Shown piece after piece: positions 38,401 to 46,191 of a stretch of DNA of 64,000 bases. The position numbers and the translations under genes are program-made. The notes beneath the pieces were generated by a model. It was not told where the DNA came from. It worked only from the letters and a program-made list of their open reading frames with translations, and did no database searches. Each line of letters starts with the position of its first letter. Position 1 is the stretch's first letter. The DNA is from a virus (lineage: Duplodnaviria; Caudoviricetes): IMG/VR virus record IMGVR_UViG_3300037400_005963, positions 92,521 to 156,520 of that record; one strand, written 5' to 3'.

Positions 38401-39174
38401 ATAGTAACAACTGCTAACTAATGTAGTTGCCGGTAATTTAGGAGCCTTGACTAGAGAAGAACACCCCTCAAACATACTATAGTAACATTCATTAGTTAAT
38501 GTTGTTGCTGGTAATACCGCCGGGGCATTCGTCAGAGAAGAACAACCCTTAAACATTTCAACATAACAATAAGCTGAGAGTGTTGTGGCAGGTAAATAGA
38601 GGTCTTTAGCAGAGATTAATTTATCTGAATTGTTATAATAACTGAATAAAAAATGAAAACTGTCTTGTCCTATAGTAGTTGTGTATAATGAAGTTTTTCC
38701 GAGAAAATCGCTCCCGTAAAGAAGAGACATTATATTTCCGGAAACATTATATCGCCCTGAAGTAGAATAGATTTGAAGAGCATAACTCTCACTAGGAGAA
38801 TAATTGTTTTTTCTATAGCAACAGGATTTTCCATTGCCTCTCACTAATACATGACTGCCTGCCTGAACTGTAGGAACAGTAGCTGTATAGGTGGCAGAGT
38901 TAGAACTATTATTCGTTCTTATCCAAGTATTTCCGTCATCTAGACTATATTCAACATAAGAAAAACAGGCAGGATCTAAATATCTGCCCATATCAAGTAC
39001 GAAATCACAATCATCAATTGCTTCTAGTGTTAAATAATTTCTTACTAGATTACGTGGAACATATTCTACCTCTTCCTCCGATTCAATGTAAGCAACGGTC
39101 GGAAAGCTTAGGTACTCAGTTCTTAATGCTTCCTCATATTCTTCTCTTGTATTATAATATCTTAATTCATCCAT
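35455..39174 (-). CDS. Large BspA-like leucine-rich-repeat protein (three tandem modules), possible virion/adhesion protein
   Basis: Many APELPATTLxxxCYxxMFxxC repeats; three YSLD(D/N)GxTW...SGN(I/P)MSL...PxGW modules. Confidence 0.8.
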   Translation of the reverse strand: MDELRYYNTREEYEEALRTEYLSFPTVAYIESEEEVEYVPRNLVRNYLTLEAIDDCDFVLDMGRYLDPACFSYVEYSLDDGNTWIRTNNSSNSATYTATVPTVQAGSHVLVRGNGKSCCYRKNNYSPSESYALQIYSTSGRYNVSGNIMSLLYGSDFLGKTSLYTTTIGQDSFHFLFSYYNNSDKLISAKDLYLPATTLSAYCYVEMFKGCSSLTNAPAVLPATTLTNECYYSMFEGCSSLVKAPKLPATTLVSSCYYQMFKGCTSLTTAPELPATTLANYCYYSMFERCTSLTEAPELPATTLATQCYYQMFYNCFSLTGTLNLPATTFANNCYFKMFYGTGILPGCTNIDFSSSNVVASGALAGLFAGTKITDEDLWDILPIDNNDKYCLPVTTLTANGCYQYMFQDCTSLSTAPELPATTLVSSCYYSMFSGCTALTTAPELPATTLVSNCYYGMFEGCSSLVNAPELPATTLVNRCYQQMFQNCINLNYIKAMFTTTPSSSYTSSWMSGVAEAGIFVKNPSATWNVFSSSGIPEGWGVIWPTVDQYNYFTTEAVDNCIFTFTIPVDISSEELNYVEYSLDNGQTWQKTNNVEKQEVVVTTSTIQAGGKVLWRALGYHLGNDNDGSNMSSSGRYRVSGNPMSLTACNTTLTSEWTFRGLFKNSVNLISAENLILFSLNLTEGCYAEMFSGCTGLTATPELPARDLVENCYADLFKNCSSVDYIKALFTTTPSDTYTARWVSGVANSGNFIKSCAATWSVSGDNGIPSGWISKTDAEIVSDEYLNKYLTFEAIEAGTFTLTVPTTVTNAEMSSISYSLDNGNTWTTTQIDSTAQTITTPTVPVGGKVLWKGSGTTLATALDQDKRSSFSATGNFSASGNIMSLLFDDNFNNQLTLTGTYSFAHLFSSNTKLISSKNLVLPATTIATYSYCNMFWGCSNMTDSLILLPATKAPLNCYNSMFNSCTSLVNGPKLVAATAHTGNSALNSMFSNCSSLTQAPEIPATSLGNHCYRNMFQSCTSLKVPPKLPSTSYGIYCYRNMFGYCTSLVDCPKINLTTVPAEGCMEMFRGCTKLKNIPTMSLKSGGNNAFDSMFSGCVSLTDGPQNLTLTVHGGSEVCEYMFYGCQNLTEIPNITFSSSSVGSSSCGDMFSGCSNITTSPVLTATTLGNYCYRRMFSNCSKLNRITMLATDIPSNYCISGWINNVAPTGTFIKSADANWSENDPTIVPPGWTVETYSPS

Positions 39175-39234
39175 AATAATTAATCAATAAAAAGAAATGA
39201 TTGTAGTCTATTATTCTACAATCATTTTATTAGT

Positions 39235-41448
39235 TTAATCTTCTTCCAGTACTTTCTTATAAAATTCCATACCGTTTTCAGATTTTATCGTTTCCATCAT
39301 ATCTTTGTGTATTATGGTTCCATATTTTTCAACATAGTCTAAAAAAGTTTCTGAATCCATACTGCCATTTTCACCAAGATACAGTGCTATTTTCTTAATA
39401 AGATGTTTTTCTGTTTTTAATATATTCACAGTTTCTTCCTTAAGATCACACATTCTCCTTGTAATAACTTCCTCAAGAGAAGCTGGGAGGAGTTCATTGT
39501 TTTCAAATTCGACTCCATTAAAATATCTTACTCGATTCCTAGTATTCTCTGAATCAAATCCATTAGGAACACTGACATTACTTTCGGTCGACCTATTAGC
39601 AAAAGATACTGGTTCAAAATATCCAACTTCATAGCTTGCTCTGGCTAAAGTATCCCATGCCTCAGCAATATCAGAAGAACTTCCCATCAAAGTCATATCA
39701 GGTCTATCTCCATAAACTATTTCTTCAGCTAGATAACCTGCCATAGATACCATAACTTCAGTATCTACATCATGTCTACACTGAATTTCGCCCTGAAGAT
39801 CTTTGATATAAGTACTACAGAAACCTCCTCGATCAATAGATACTCCAACTAAGTTCATCGGGGCATGACCAGTTCTCCAAGCAAACATAACAGCATGTCC
39901 GGCTTCATGGACGGATGTAATAAATCTTTTCTTTCTCTTCAATACATCCCGATTTTCACCTAAAAGGAGACTAATTGGATAGCGAAGTCTTCTATTTGAA
40001 ATCTTTTTACTATCCGTCTTAAATAATAGTACCAGCGTAGCAGTAGAACATCTAAAACCTGTTACAAAATCCTCTACATCGATATTAACTTCAACATCAT
40101 GTTCTTCCTTCTTCAGTAAGATTTCGGATAGATATGGCGTTAAGAGCATGTTAATAGATGAGAAAATCGGTCTAACTCCCTGAGTTGGATAAACTCCTTC
40201 ATAATAGATTAGATCTTCTACATTTTCAGTATAGGTAACTGTTATTTCTGGAACAATAGTATTAAACTCCTTAGATATTCTTTCTAATTCTTGTTTTATA
40301 ATCTTAATAAAGTCTTTTTTCTGAAGAGTTGGATACTTTATTAAATTATTTCCCAATCTTGCTACCTGTTCTGGTCTATATCGTTTTAGGAGTGCAGCTT
40401 TTATATCGTGGATATTTACATTTTTAGTAATATCATAAAAGATATCAGGATCCATGTCGGGATTTAAATCGTCACTAACCTCAAAGGCTTCATCTAGATT
40501 ACCAATTACAAAGATTAATGCCTTAGTGCAATCTATAGTCTTTCCTCCGCGATCAGTTACTACTTCCTTAAAGAGAATTCGATAAAAATCGCCTAATGTT
40601 TTGGTCGATTTAATCTGATCTAATAGCTCTTTTCCCTTACCGGGACTTCTTTTACTAGCACGCCTAACGATACATCTAAGAGTATCTGGTTTTAATAGTG
40701 GGAGCGGTCTAAGAGGATCTGCATTTTGAGCTTCTGAGTCTTCCTCTTCAATACTCGGAGTTTCCTCAGGCTGAAGTTCCATATCATCAATCTTTCTATT
40801 TTCATACCAGATGAATCCAATATCCCTCAAAACTTGTCGAACATCCTCTTTTTCTATGACTGATCCATTTTTTAACTTCATGTCTGGATAAGACTTAGAT
40901 AATTCTTCTAGATCTTCCACAAATTCACAAAGTTTATTAAACGACCAATCATATCGATCAGTTACATTAATAATACCAGAATCTAAAAGTTCCCAGATTG
41001 GCCGAATGTTTGAATTAATGGTTTCTTTCCCTTCTTCATCAATTGTTTTTGCATATTGGAATTCATCAAAGATAAGAACGGGATTTCCTCCTTTAATAGT
41101 TACATTCCCAGGCATTCCTTCAAGATCTTCCGGACTATTTCCAAATGTATCCTCTATATCTCCAATTATATCCACTCGATCGGCGGTACATCTACCACAA
41201 TCGAAGAAAATTGAATCTTGTTTTATACCTAATAGTTCGGTTAATCTTCTGACTACACTAGTTTTTCCAGTACCGGTCATTCCCCAAATAGAAATAACCG
41301 TCGGTCTGGTAATTAATTCTGGGGTAATATACCAAGGAGAAACTGAATTTATTATTTGGTCTATTATATCATCTAGACCAACAAATTCTGTTTTTAAAAT
41401 TTGTCCTGTATTCTTTAAAATTTTTAATCTTTCGTCTTTATTGATCAT
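39235..41448 (-). CDS. Soluble AAA+ ATPase fused to peptidase M41 (FtsH-like protease domain)
   Basis: GMTGTGKT, LIFDE, RPEQVARLG, GVRP; HEAGH, MAGYLAEE, GSSSDI; likely start MINKDE. Confidence 0.85.
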   Translation of the reverse strand: MINKDERLKILKNTGQILKTEFVGLDDIIDQIINSVSPWYITPELITRPTVISIWGMTGTGKTSVVRRLTELLGIKQDSIFFDCGRCTADRVDIIGDIEDTFGNSPEDLEGMPGNVTIKGGNPVLIFDEFQYAKTIDEEGKETINSNIRPIWELLDSGIINVTDRYDWSFNKLCEFVEDLEELSKSYPDMKLKNGSVIEKEDVRQVLRDIGFIWYENRKIDDMELQPEETPSIEEEDSEAQNADPLRPLPLLKPDTLRCIVRRASKRSPGKGKELLDQIKSTKTLGDFYRILFKEVVTDRGGKTIDCTKALIFVIGNLDEAFEVSDDLNPDMDPDIFYDITKNVNIHDIKAALLKRYRPEQVARLGNNLIKYPTLQKKDFIKIIKQELERISKEFNTIVPEITVTYTENVEDLIYYEGVYPTQGVRPIFSSINMLLTPYLSEILLKKEEHDVEVNIDVEDFVTGFRCSTATLVLLFKTDSKKISNRRLRYPISLLLGENRDVLKRKKRFITSVHEAGHAVMFAWRTGHAPMNLVGVSIDRGGFCSTYIKDLQGEIQCRHDVDTEVMVSMAGYLAEEIVYGDRPDMTLMGSSSDIAEAWDTLARASYEVGYFEPVSFANRSTESNVSVPNGFDSENTRNRVRYFNGVEFENNELLPASLEEVITRRMCDLKEETVNILKTEKHLIKKIALYLGENGSMDSETFLDYVEKYGTIIHKDMMETIKSENGMEFYKKVLEED

Positions 41449-41526
41449 AAATTTTAATATTAAAATACTCAAATATAAGAAAATAAAAGGCTCCGGAAGT
41501 ACAAATTAAGTCTTCCAGAAGCCTTT

Positions 41527-42090
41527 TTAGAACATACTTAGAAGATTAGCTATACTTCCAAGTTCGTAGTTGGTTTCTCTTTTCTCCTCTACCTCAACAG
41601 TATTTCCATGTTGATCTATATAAGATGTACCTGGGAATACTATTTCTTTTTTCTGGATTGCTAACTTATCTTCTGCGTTTTTCAAAGTAGTTCTATATCT
41701 TTCAGCCCAATATGTTACCCAGGGAATTTCTTCTACTGAATTTCCATTAACCTCAACGGTTCTAGGATCTAACTCGGTCGAAAGAAGTCTTTCAATATCT
41801 TCGTATCTAGGTTTAGGGCATTGAATAAATACCTCTACTTCAATAGAATCATCTCCTATATCTGTAGTTTTCACTTTCCAAAAATAAAATCCTTTATTAT
41901 TTGTCCATATGTAATCTACGTCCTCTTGATTATTTCCACCGCCCGAGAATAAATTTTCCCATATATCAGGAATAAGGGCTACTACATTACTAGTTGATCT
42001 TCCATCAGGATAAATGCAAATCTGGTCCTGTAGAAGACTGCCCGTAGCGGAAATCCAAGCCTGGCCTTTAATTATTTTATTATCATCCAT
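41527..42090 (-). CDS. Hypothetical protein
   Basis: 187 aa. Confidence 0.65.
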   Translation of the reverse strand: MDDNKIIKGQAWISATGSLLQDQICIYPDGRSTSNVVALIPDIWENLFSGGGNNQEDVDYIWTNNKGFYFWKVKTTDIGDDSIEVEVFIQCPKPRYEDIERLLSTELDPRTVEVNGNSVEEIPWVTYWAERYRTTLKNAEDKLAIQKKEIVFPGTSYIDQHGNTVEVEEKRETNYELGSIANLLSMF

Positions 42091-42154
42091 TATTTACACA
42101 AACTAAATAAAAAGTGTAGATCGGATTAATCATTTTCGAACTACACTTTGTTGT

Positions 42155-43177
42155 TTAAGTATTCTTGTTCTCTAAAAGACTTTCTGCGACCTTTAGATAA
42201 GAGAATACATTATAGTATTCCGCATCTTCTGTTGGAAAATGTAGAAATGATACGGGGAAGTGTTTTTCTACCTCTTTGACAAAATTCTCAGACTTTAGGG
42301 CTTTCTTGAATAAGTAAGGTATACCACCACACATCAAGATTCCCTCGGCTGCATCAAGAAACTCTCCGAAACGATCTTCTAAGAGTTTCAGGACATTTAT
42401 CAAATACTTAGTAATAAACTCATCTACCTTTTGACTAATGTCATACTTTCTGCCTCTTCTTGTAAAGATACCACCATTATCTAGGATATCTTGACAACCC
42501 TTTATACTTTCCCTGATTTCATAATGTTTATACAGGAATTCTTGTATATCGTAGGCAATCATAATGACACCAGTATTCTCTAAGCCGACTGTTGCGCCAG
42601 CTACTGCATTTCCAACTACATTGCAAATATCTATCGTCTCAAAACCACCATCACAGATTATATAATTTTTCATTTTATAATCATTTCTTGTAGTGGTCTC
42701 TTTAATATTTAGCGCACACGTTTGATAAGTTTTCTTAGCCGCGCTACCTTGAGAAAACAACATAAAGTATCCAGGCTTATCTATCATCAGTACATCATAC
42801 AATGTCTTCAATAGATCGTCTGCCTTATCTGCATATGCCATACTAAGCCCTATAGCAACATGGTCAAATCTCTCAACACCACCATATTTTTTCAAGAGAT
42901 AAGATATCCAAGCTGGATATACTTGACATAATCCCTGAAAATTTTCTAGTGACAATTGATAACTTCTGGCCACCTTCAATGCTGCACTACTTAAGACATA
43001 ATAATCTAATCCTAGCTTAAAAATAGTATCATCATTGTCTTCTAGTATCTCAGGCTCAGGAACTTTAGCAATGGCAGATATAAATTTCTCAAGAACTAGT
43101 ACACCCTCAGAATTGTAGTATGCAACTTTTACTGAAGAGAATCCTAAATCTATTGCTAATATCCTATTCCTCTCCAT
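42155..43177 (-). CDS. Actin-like ParM/StbA family ATPase
   Basis: Phosphate-1 AIDLGFSSVK, phosphate-2 ICDGGFETIDI, adenosine LMCGG. Confidence 0.85.
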   Translation of the reverse strand: MERNRILAIDLGFSSVKVAYYNSEGVLVLEKFISAIAKVPEPEILEDNDDTIFKLGLDYYVLSSAALKVARSYQLSLENFQGLCQVYPAWISYLLKKYGGVERFDHVAIGLSMAYADKADDLLKTLYDVLMIDKPGYFMLFSQGSAAKKTYQTCALNIKETTTRNDYKMKNYIICDGGFETIDICNVVGNAVAGATVGLENTGVIMIAYDIQEFLYKHYEIRESIKGCQDILDNGGIFTRRGRKYDISQKVDEFITKYLINVLKLLEDRFGEFLDAAEGILMCGGIPYLFKKALKSENFVKEVEKHFPVSFLHFPTEDAEYYNVFSYLKVAESLLENKNT

Positions 43178-43673
43178 ATTTTTCTTTAATATTCTTAATA
43201 AGTTCTAAATAATTATTTAATACTTCTTTATTTACTTTGTACTTTTTCAGATCGCATACTATATTATCTTCTAAATAACCAAACGATACGACTGGATATA
43301 ATGCTGAAAATCCTGTTGTCATTAATCCAACTCCATATCCGTCATCTGATCCAGAAATGGGATTTCCATAAGAATCATATTTGATCGTATTCTTAACAAT
43401 CACTAATTGCTGAAGATCGGATTTATCATCAGTTCTTTTATAAGCAAATACAAGTTCCCCCGATAGAAGTGAACTGTGAATACTATTCCAAACTGATGCA
43501 GCGCATTCGTCGGCTGATCTCCAACCACAAACTAGTTGCATAAATCTTTCGCGTGCAGCTACTGATTGTTGAGTTTGTTGTGCATTTTGAAGAACTTCTG
43601 AAAAGTTTGCATCTGGTAATTCTTGTTCTTTTATATACTTATCTACGTATTTCCTTTTTTCTTTTTTCTGCAT
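43164..43673 (-). CDS. Hypothetical protein overlapping the ParM-like gene
   Basis: 169 aa. Confidence 0.65.
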   Translation of the reverse strand: MQKKEKRKYVDKYIKEQELPDANFSEVLQNAQQTQQSVAARERFMQLVCGWRSADECAASVWNSIHSSLLSGELVFAYKRTDDKSDLQQLVIVKNTIKYDSYGNPISGSDDGYGVGLMTTGFSALYPVVSFGYLEDNIVCDLKKYKVNKEVLNNYLELIKNIKEKYGEE

Positions 43674-43695
43674 ATAATATTTTTTAAGATTTTAT

Positions 43696-43884
43696 TTACT
43701 TTACTCCAGTATGCCCATAACCACCGGCGCCTCTAGAAGTCTCCTTTGTCATCTCTTTGAGTTCGATAACTTCGGCGTGTTCTACTTTTGCCATTACGAT
43801 TTGAGCTATTCTATCACCTGGTTCTACTGTCTGTGGAGAGTTTGAAGCATTATAAAGAATTACTCCAACTTCTCCAGTATAATC
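43696..43884 (-). CDS. dut: dUTPase exon 2
   Basis: DYTGEVGVIL (end of motif 3), GDRIAQ (motif 4), RGAGGYGHTG (motif 5). Confidence 0.93.
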   Translation of the reverse strand, partial: DYTGEVGVILYNASNSPQTVEPGDRIAQIVMAKVEHAEVIELKEMTKETSRGAGGYGHTGVK

Positions 43885-45499
43885 CAATGTATACGGAGTT
43901 CTCACTCCGATTTAGACTATTTCTTCTAAGTAAAGCACATAGTCGTTGAAACACAAACTTATATTGTGTCTGCCGATTAAGTTTTAACTCTTCCGGCAAT
44001 TCTCTTTATTTAACGACTCCAATTTTTTATAATCTCTAAATTTCCGTCGTCGTTCTTAACTGCAATAGCTACATTCGGATAGTCCTTGAATGTTTCCATT
44101 GCTTCTGGAATTAATTCGCGTCTTACTGTTATTACGACTTCTTCTGATTTAGCTATAACATATCTCATCATACTTTCTACCTTATCTTTTTTAACTAATT
44201 CAGGTCTTGCCTTTTCGTCTAAGATATTTGTAATATTCATAAAACTTTTTACTTTAGGGGAGCATTTTAATTCCCAGGGTCTAAGTTGCCCTACGATATT
44301 TAATCCCCCTAAAGATCGACATCTAGATAAAGCTACATACATCATGCCATAATCAAAAAAGCCGGTATGAACATTAACTTCATCAAAAGTTTGTCCCTGA
44401 CTTTTATGAATAGTCATTGCATATGCTAATTTACAGGGATATTGGGTATGTTTTCCAATAATCTTCTGTTTTATTTTTTTATTTTTATCTAGTTGATATT
44501 CTACTACATTCCAAGTATAAGGTTCAACGTAAGAATCTTGAGAACTTCCATCAATTCTTACTTGAATACATCCAAGGGAAAAGTTTACCACAGTTCCTAA
44601 AGATCCATTATACCAACGGCCATCATTATTTAACATCATAATTCGGGCCCCTACCGATAAATATAGTATGTCCTCCGCTATCTTATCTATTTCCTTAACT
44701 TTTCCCGACGTAACTGCTTCGAATTCCTCTATTGGATTTCCAAGTTCTTCTAATTTCTTAGAGTTTATTTCAGCTACTTGATTTCGGGTCGGACAGATAT
44801 TAATAGCATTTTGATTTGCTTGCCAAGGCATTACTTCACGTGTTCTTAAGAGATCTAATCCTACTTGATCCCCAACACGTAAATAATCTAAGGCAGTATC
44901 AAATCCAATATCTTCTTGTCTAAAGTTTTCTTGAAGCTCTATTGTCCATATATTTAACTCTTTCCATTCTGGTGCTTCAAATGGATAGCGCTTGTCACCA
45001 TACATTTCATAGAATGTAACGGCGTTTTTTACATTATTAGTATCCAAGATCGGACAGAGTTGATATAAGTCTCCAACTAAGATTACCTGTTTTCTTTTAG
45101 AGGATGTGTTATTTGCTTCTATAATTGATCGAGCAACGTAACCGAATAGATCTACTCGACACATAGAAATCTCATCGATTATAATTAAATCAGATGCCTC
45201 TAATAACTTCCTTGCTTTTTTGTTGGTTACTTTTTCCGTTGGACTAAGAGGTCGTACGGGAGCTTTAAATACACTATGTATTGTAGTTCCCCCTATATTG
45301 TTGGCTGCTAAACCAGTTGGCGCACATATAATGGTCTGTAATCCATATGCTTGAGCACGCCTTATTATTTCGCTAACTACGAATGATTTTCCAGTACCTG
45401 CTTTTCCAGTTAAGAAGAATGATTCCTTCGATTCAAATGCATCTAACGCATATTCCTGTGAAGGTGAAAATTTACTCATTTAATTGTTCTTATTGGTCT
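43885..45499 (-). mobile_element. Group I self-splicing intron in dut, carrying a helicase ORF in L1
   Basis: 5' exon ends in U; intron ends in G; P AAUUGCCGGAA, Q AAUCGGCAG, R UCAACGACUA, S AAGAAAUAGUC; P9 CGGAGU-GAGA-ACUCCG; IGS GGAGUCG pairs with exon CGACUCU; removal restores an in-frame 145 aa dUTPase. Confidence 0.9.
44010..45479 (-). CDS. Pif1/RecD-like SF1B DNA helicase (intron-encoded)
   Basis: GKAGTGKS, CAPTGLAA..IGGTTIHS, IIDEISM, LVGDLYQL, FRQ, NGSLG, QYPCKLAYAMTIHKSQGQT, YVALSR. Confidence 0.92.
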   Translation of the reverse strand: MSKFSPSQEYALDAFESKESFFLTGKAGTGKSFVVSEIIRRAQAYGLQTIICAPTGLAANNIGGTTIHSVFKAPVRPLSPTEKVTNKKARKLLEASDLIIIDEISMCRVDLFGYVARSIIEANNTSSKRKQVILVGDLYQLCPILDTNNVKNAVTFYEMYGDKRYPFEAPEWKELNIWTIELQENFRQEDIGFDTALDYLRVGDQVGLDLLRTREVMPWQANQNAINICPTRNQVAEINSKKLEELGNPIEEFEAVTSGKVKEIDKIAEDILYLSVGARIMMLNNDGRWYNGSLGTVVNFSLGCIQVRIDGSSQDSYVEPYTWNVVEYQLDKNKKIKQKIIGKHTQYPCKLAYAMTIHKSQGQTFDEVNVHTGFFDYGMMYVALSRCRSLGGLNIVGQLRPWELKCSPKVKSFMNITNILDEKARPELVKKDKVESMMRYVIAKSEEVVITVRRELIPEAMETFKDYPNVAIAVKNDDGNLEIIKNWSR

Positions 45500-45748
45500 A
45501 GAGTCGATAGTACCAGGTTCATTTAGTACGATTAATCCTTTCTTCAAAGCCATTCCTGACCTACTTCTTACTTGTACCTCATATCCAATTGAGATATCTA
45601 AATAAATACCGGTTGGGATTAATCTTCTTTCTCCGGGTTCTAGGATAACAACTTCATCTAAGAAAGCTCTAATATCCATCCCGCTACTTCCCACTGTTTT
45701 ATATTCAGGCAGTGGGTTGTTTGATTTATTTACTATTCCTAATTGCAT
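45500..45748 (-). CDS. dut: dUTPase exon 1
   Basis: SSGMDIRA (motif 1), RSRSG (motif 2), PGTIDS (start of motif 3). Confidence 0.93.
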
Positions 45749-46191
45749 TATAGCTTAAATTTAAATTTAGTTATTAATCGAAACACCCATGAATTTCCAG
45801 AAATGAATCTGACACTACTTAAAATATCAGGTCCTTTCCAAAACTCTTTTAAATCAACTTCATATATATCGAATCCATAATTTTCTGGACTTAAACACAC
45901 ACGATCATCTAATAATTTTCCACTAGAGATAATTGATGACAGTGATTGCATTAAATAGTCATAATCTCTTGGAAGAAGGTATGTTGGTTTCTTTATCGTA
46001 TTAAGACCTAAGCTATAATATATTGGAAGTGATAACCTAACCGAATTCCCGCGCTGTTCAAAATAGAGTGTATTATTTTCTTTTTCAAACTTAACGGTAA
46101 TTGGTATTGGTTTATCAACTAGTAAAGTATTCTTATTAAATATCAGTAAATTATTATATATCTCTATTAAGTCGTCTTGTAGTGTTACCAT
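45748..46191 (-). CDS. Hypothetical protein
   Basis: 147 aa, TAATG-coupled. Confidence 0.65.
   Translation of the reverse strand: MVTLQDDLIEIYNNLLIFNKNTLLVDKPIPITVKFEKENNTLYFEQRGNSVRLSLPIYYSLGLNTIKKPTYLLPRDYDYLMQSLSSIISSGKLLDDRVCLSPENYGFDIYEVDLKEFWKGPDILSSVRFISGNSWVFRLITKFKFKL

Noticed and set aside
35455-39174. Diversity-generating retroelement target or CRISPR-like array
   Set aside because: Repeats are in-frame LRR codons; no reverse transcriptase, no adenine-specific template/variable pair and no spacer pattern seen in this window
43885-43905. ORF-track start MRTPYTL for a separate 69 aa protein
   Set aside because: These codons are intron P9/P9.0 sequence; the coding part begins at the 3' splice site (43884)
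43696-45748. dUTPase as a pseudogene broken by insertion, or an intein
   Set aside because: Both halves keep all motifs, the insert has stop codons and no intein termini, and complete group I splice signals restore the frame exactly
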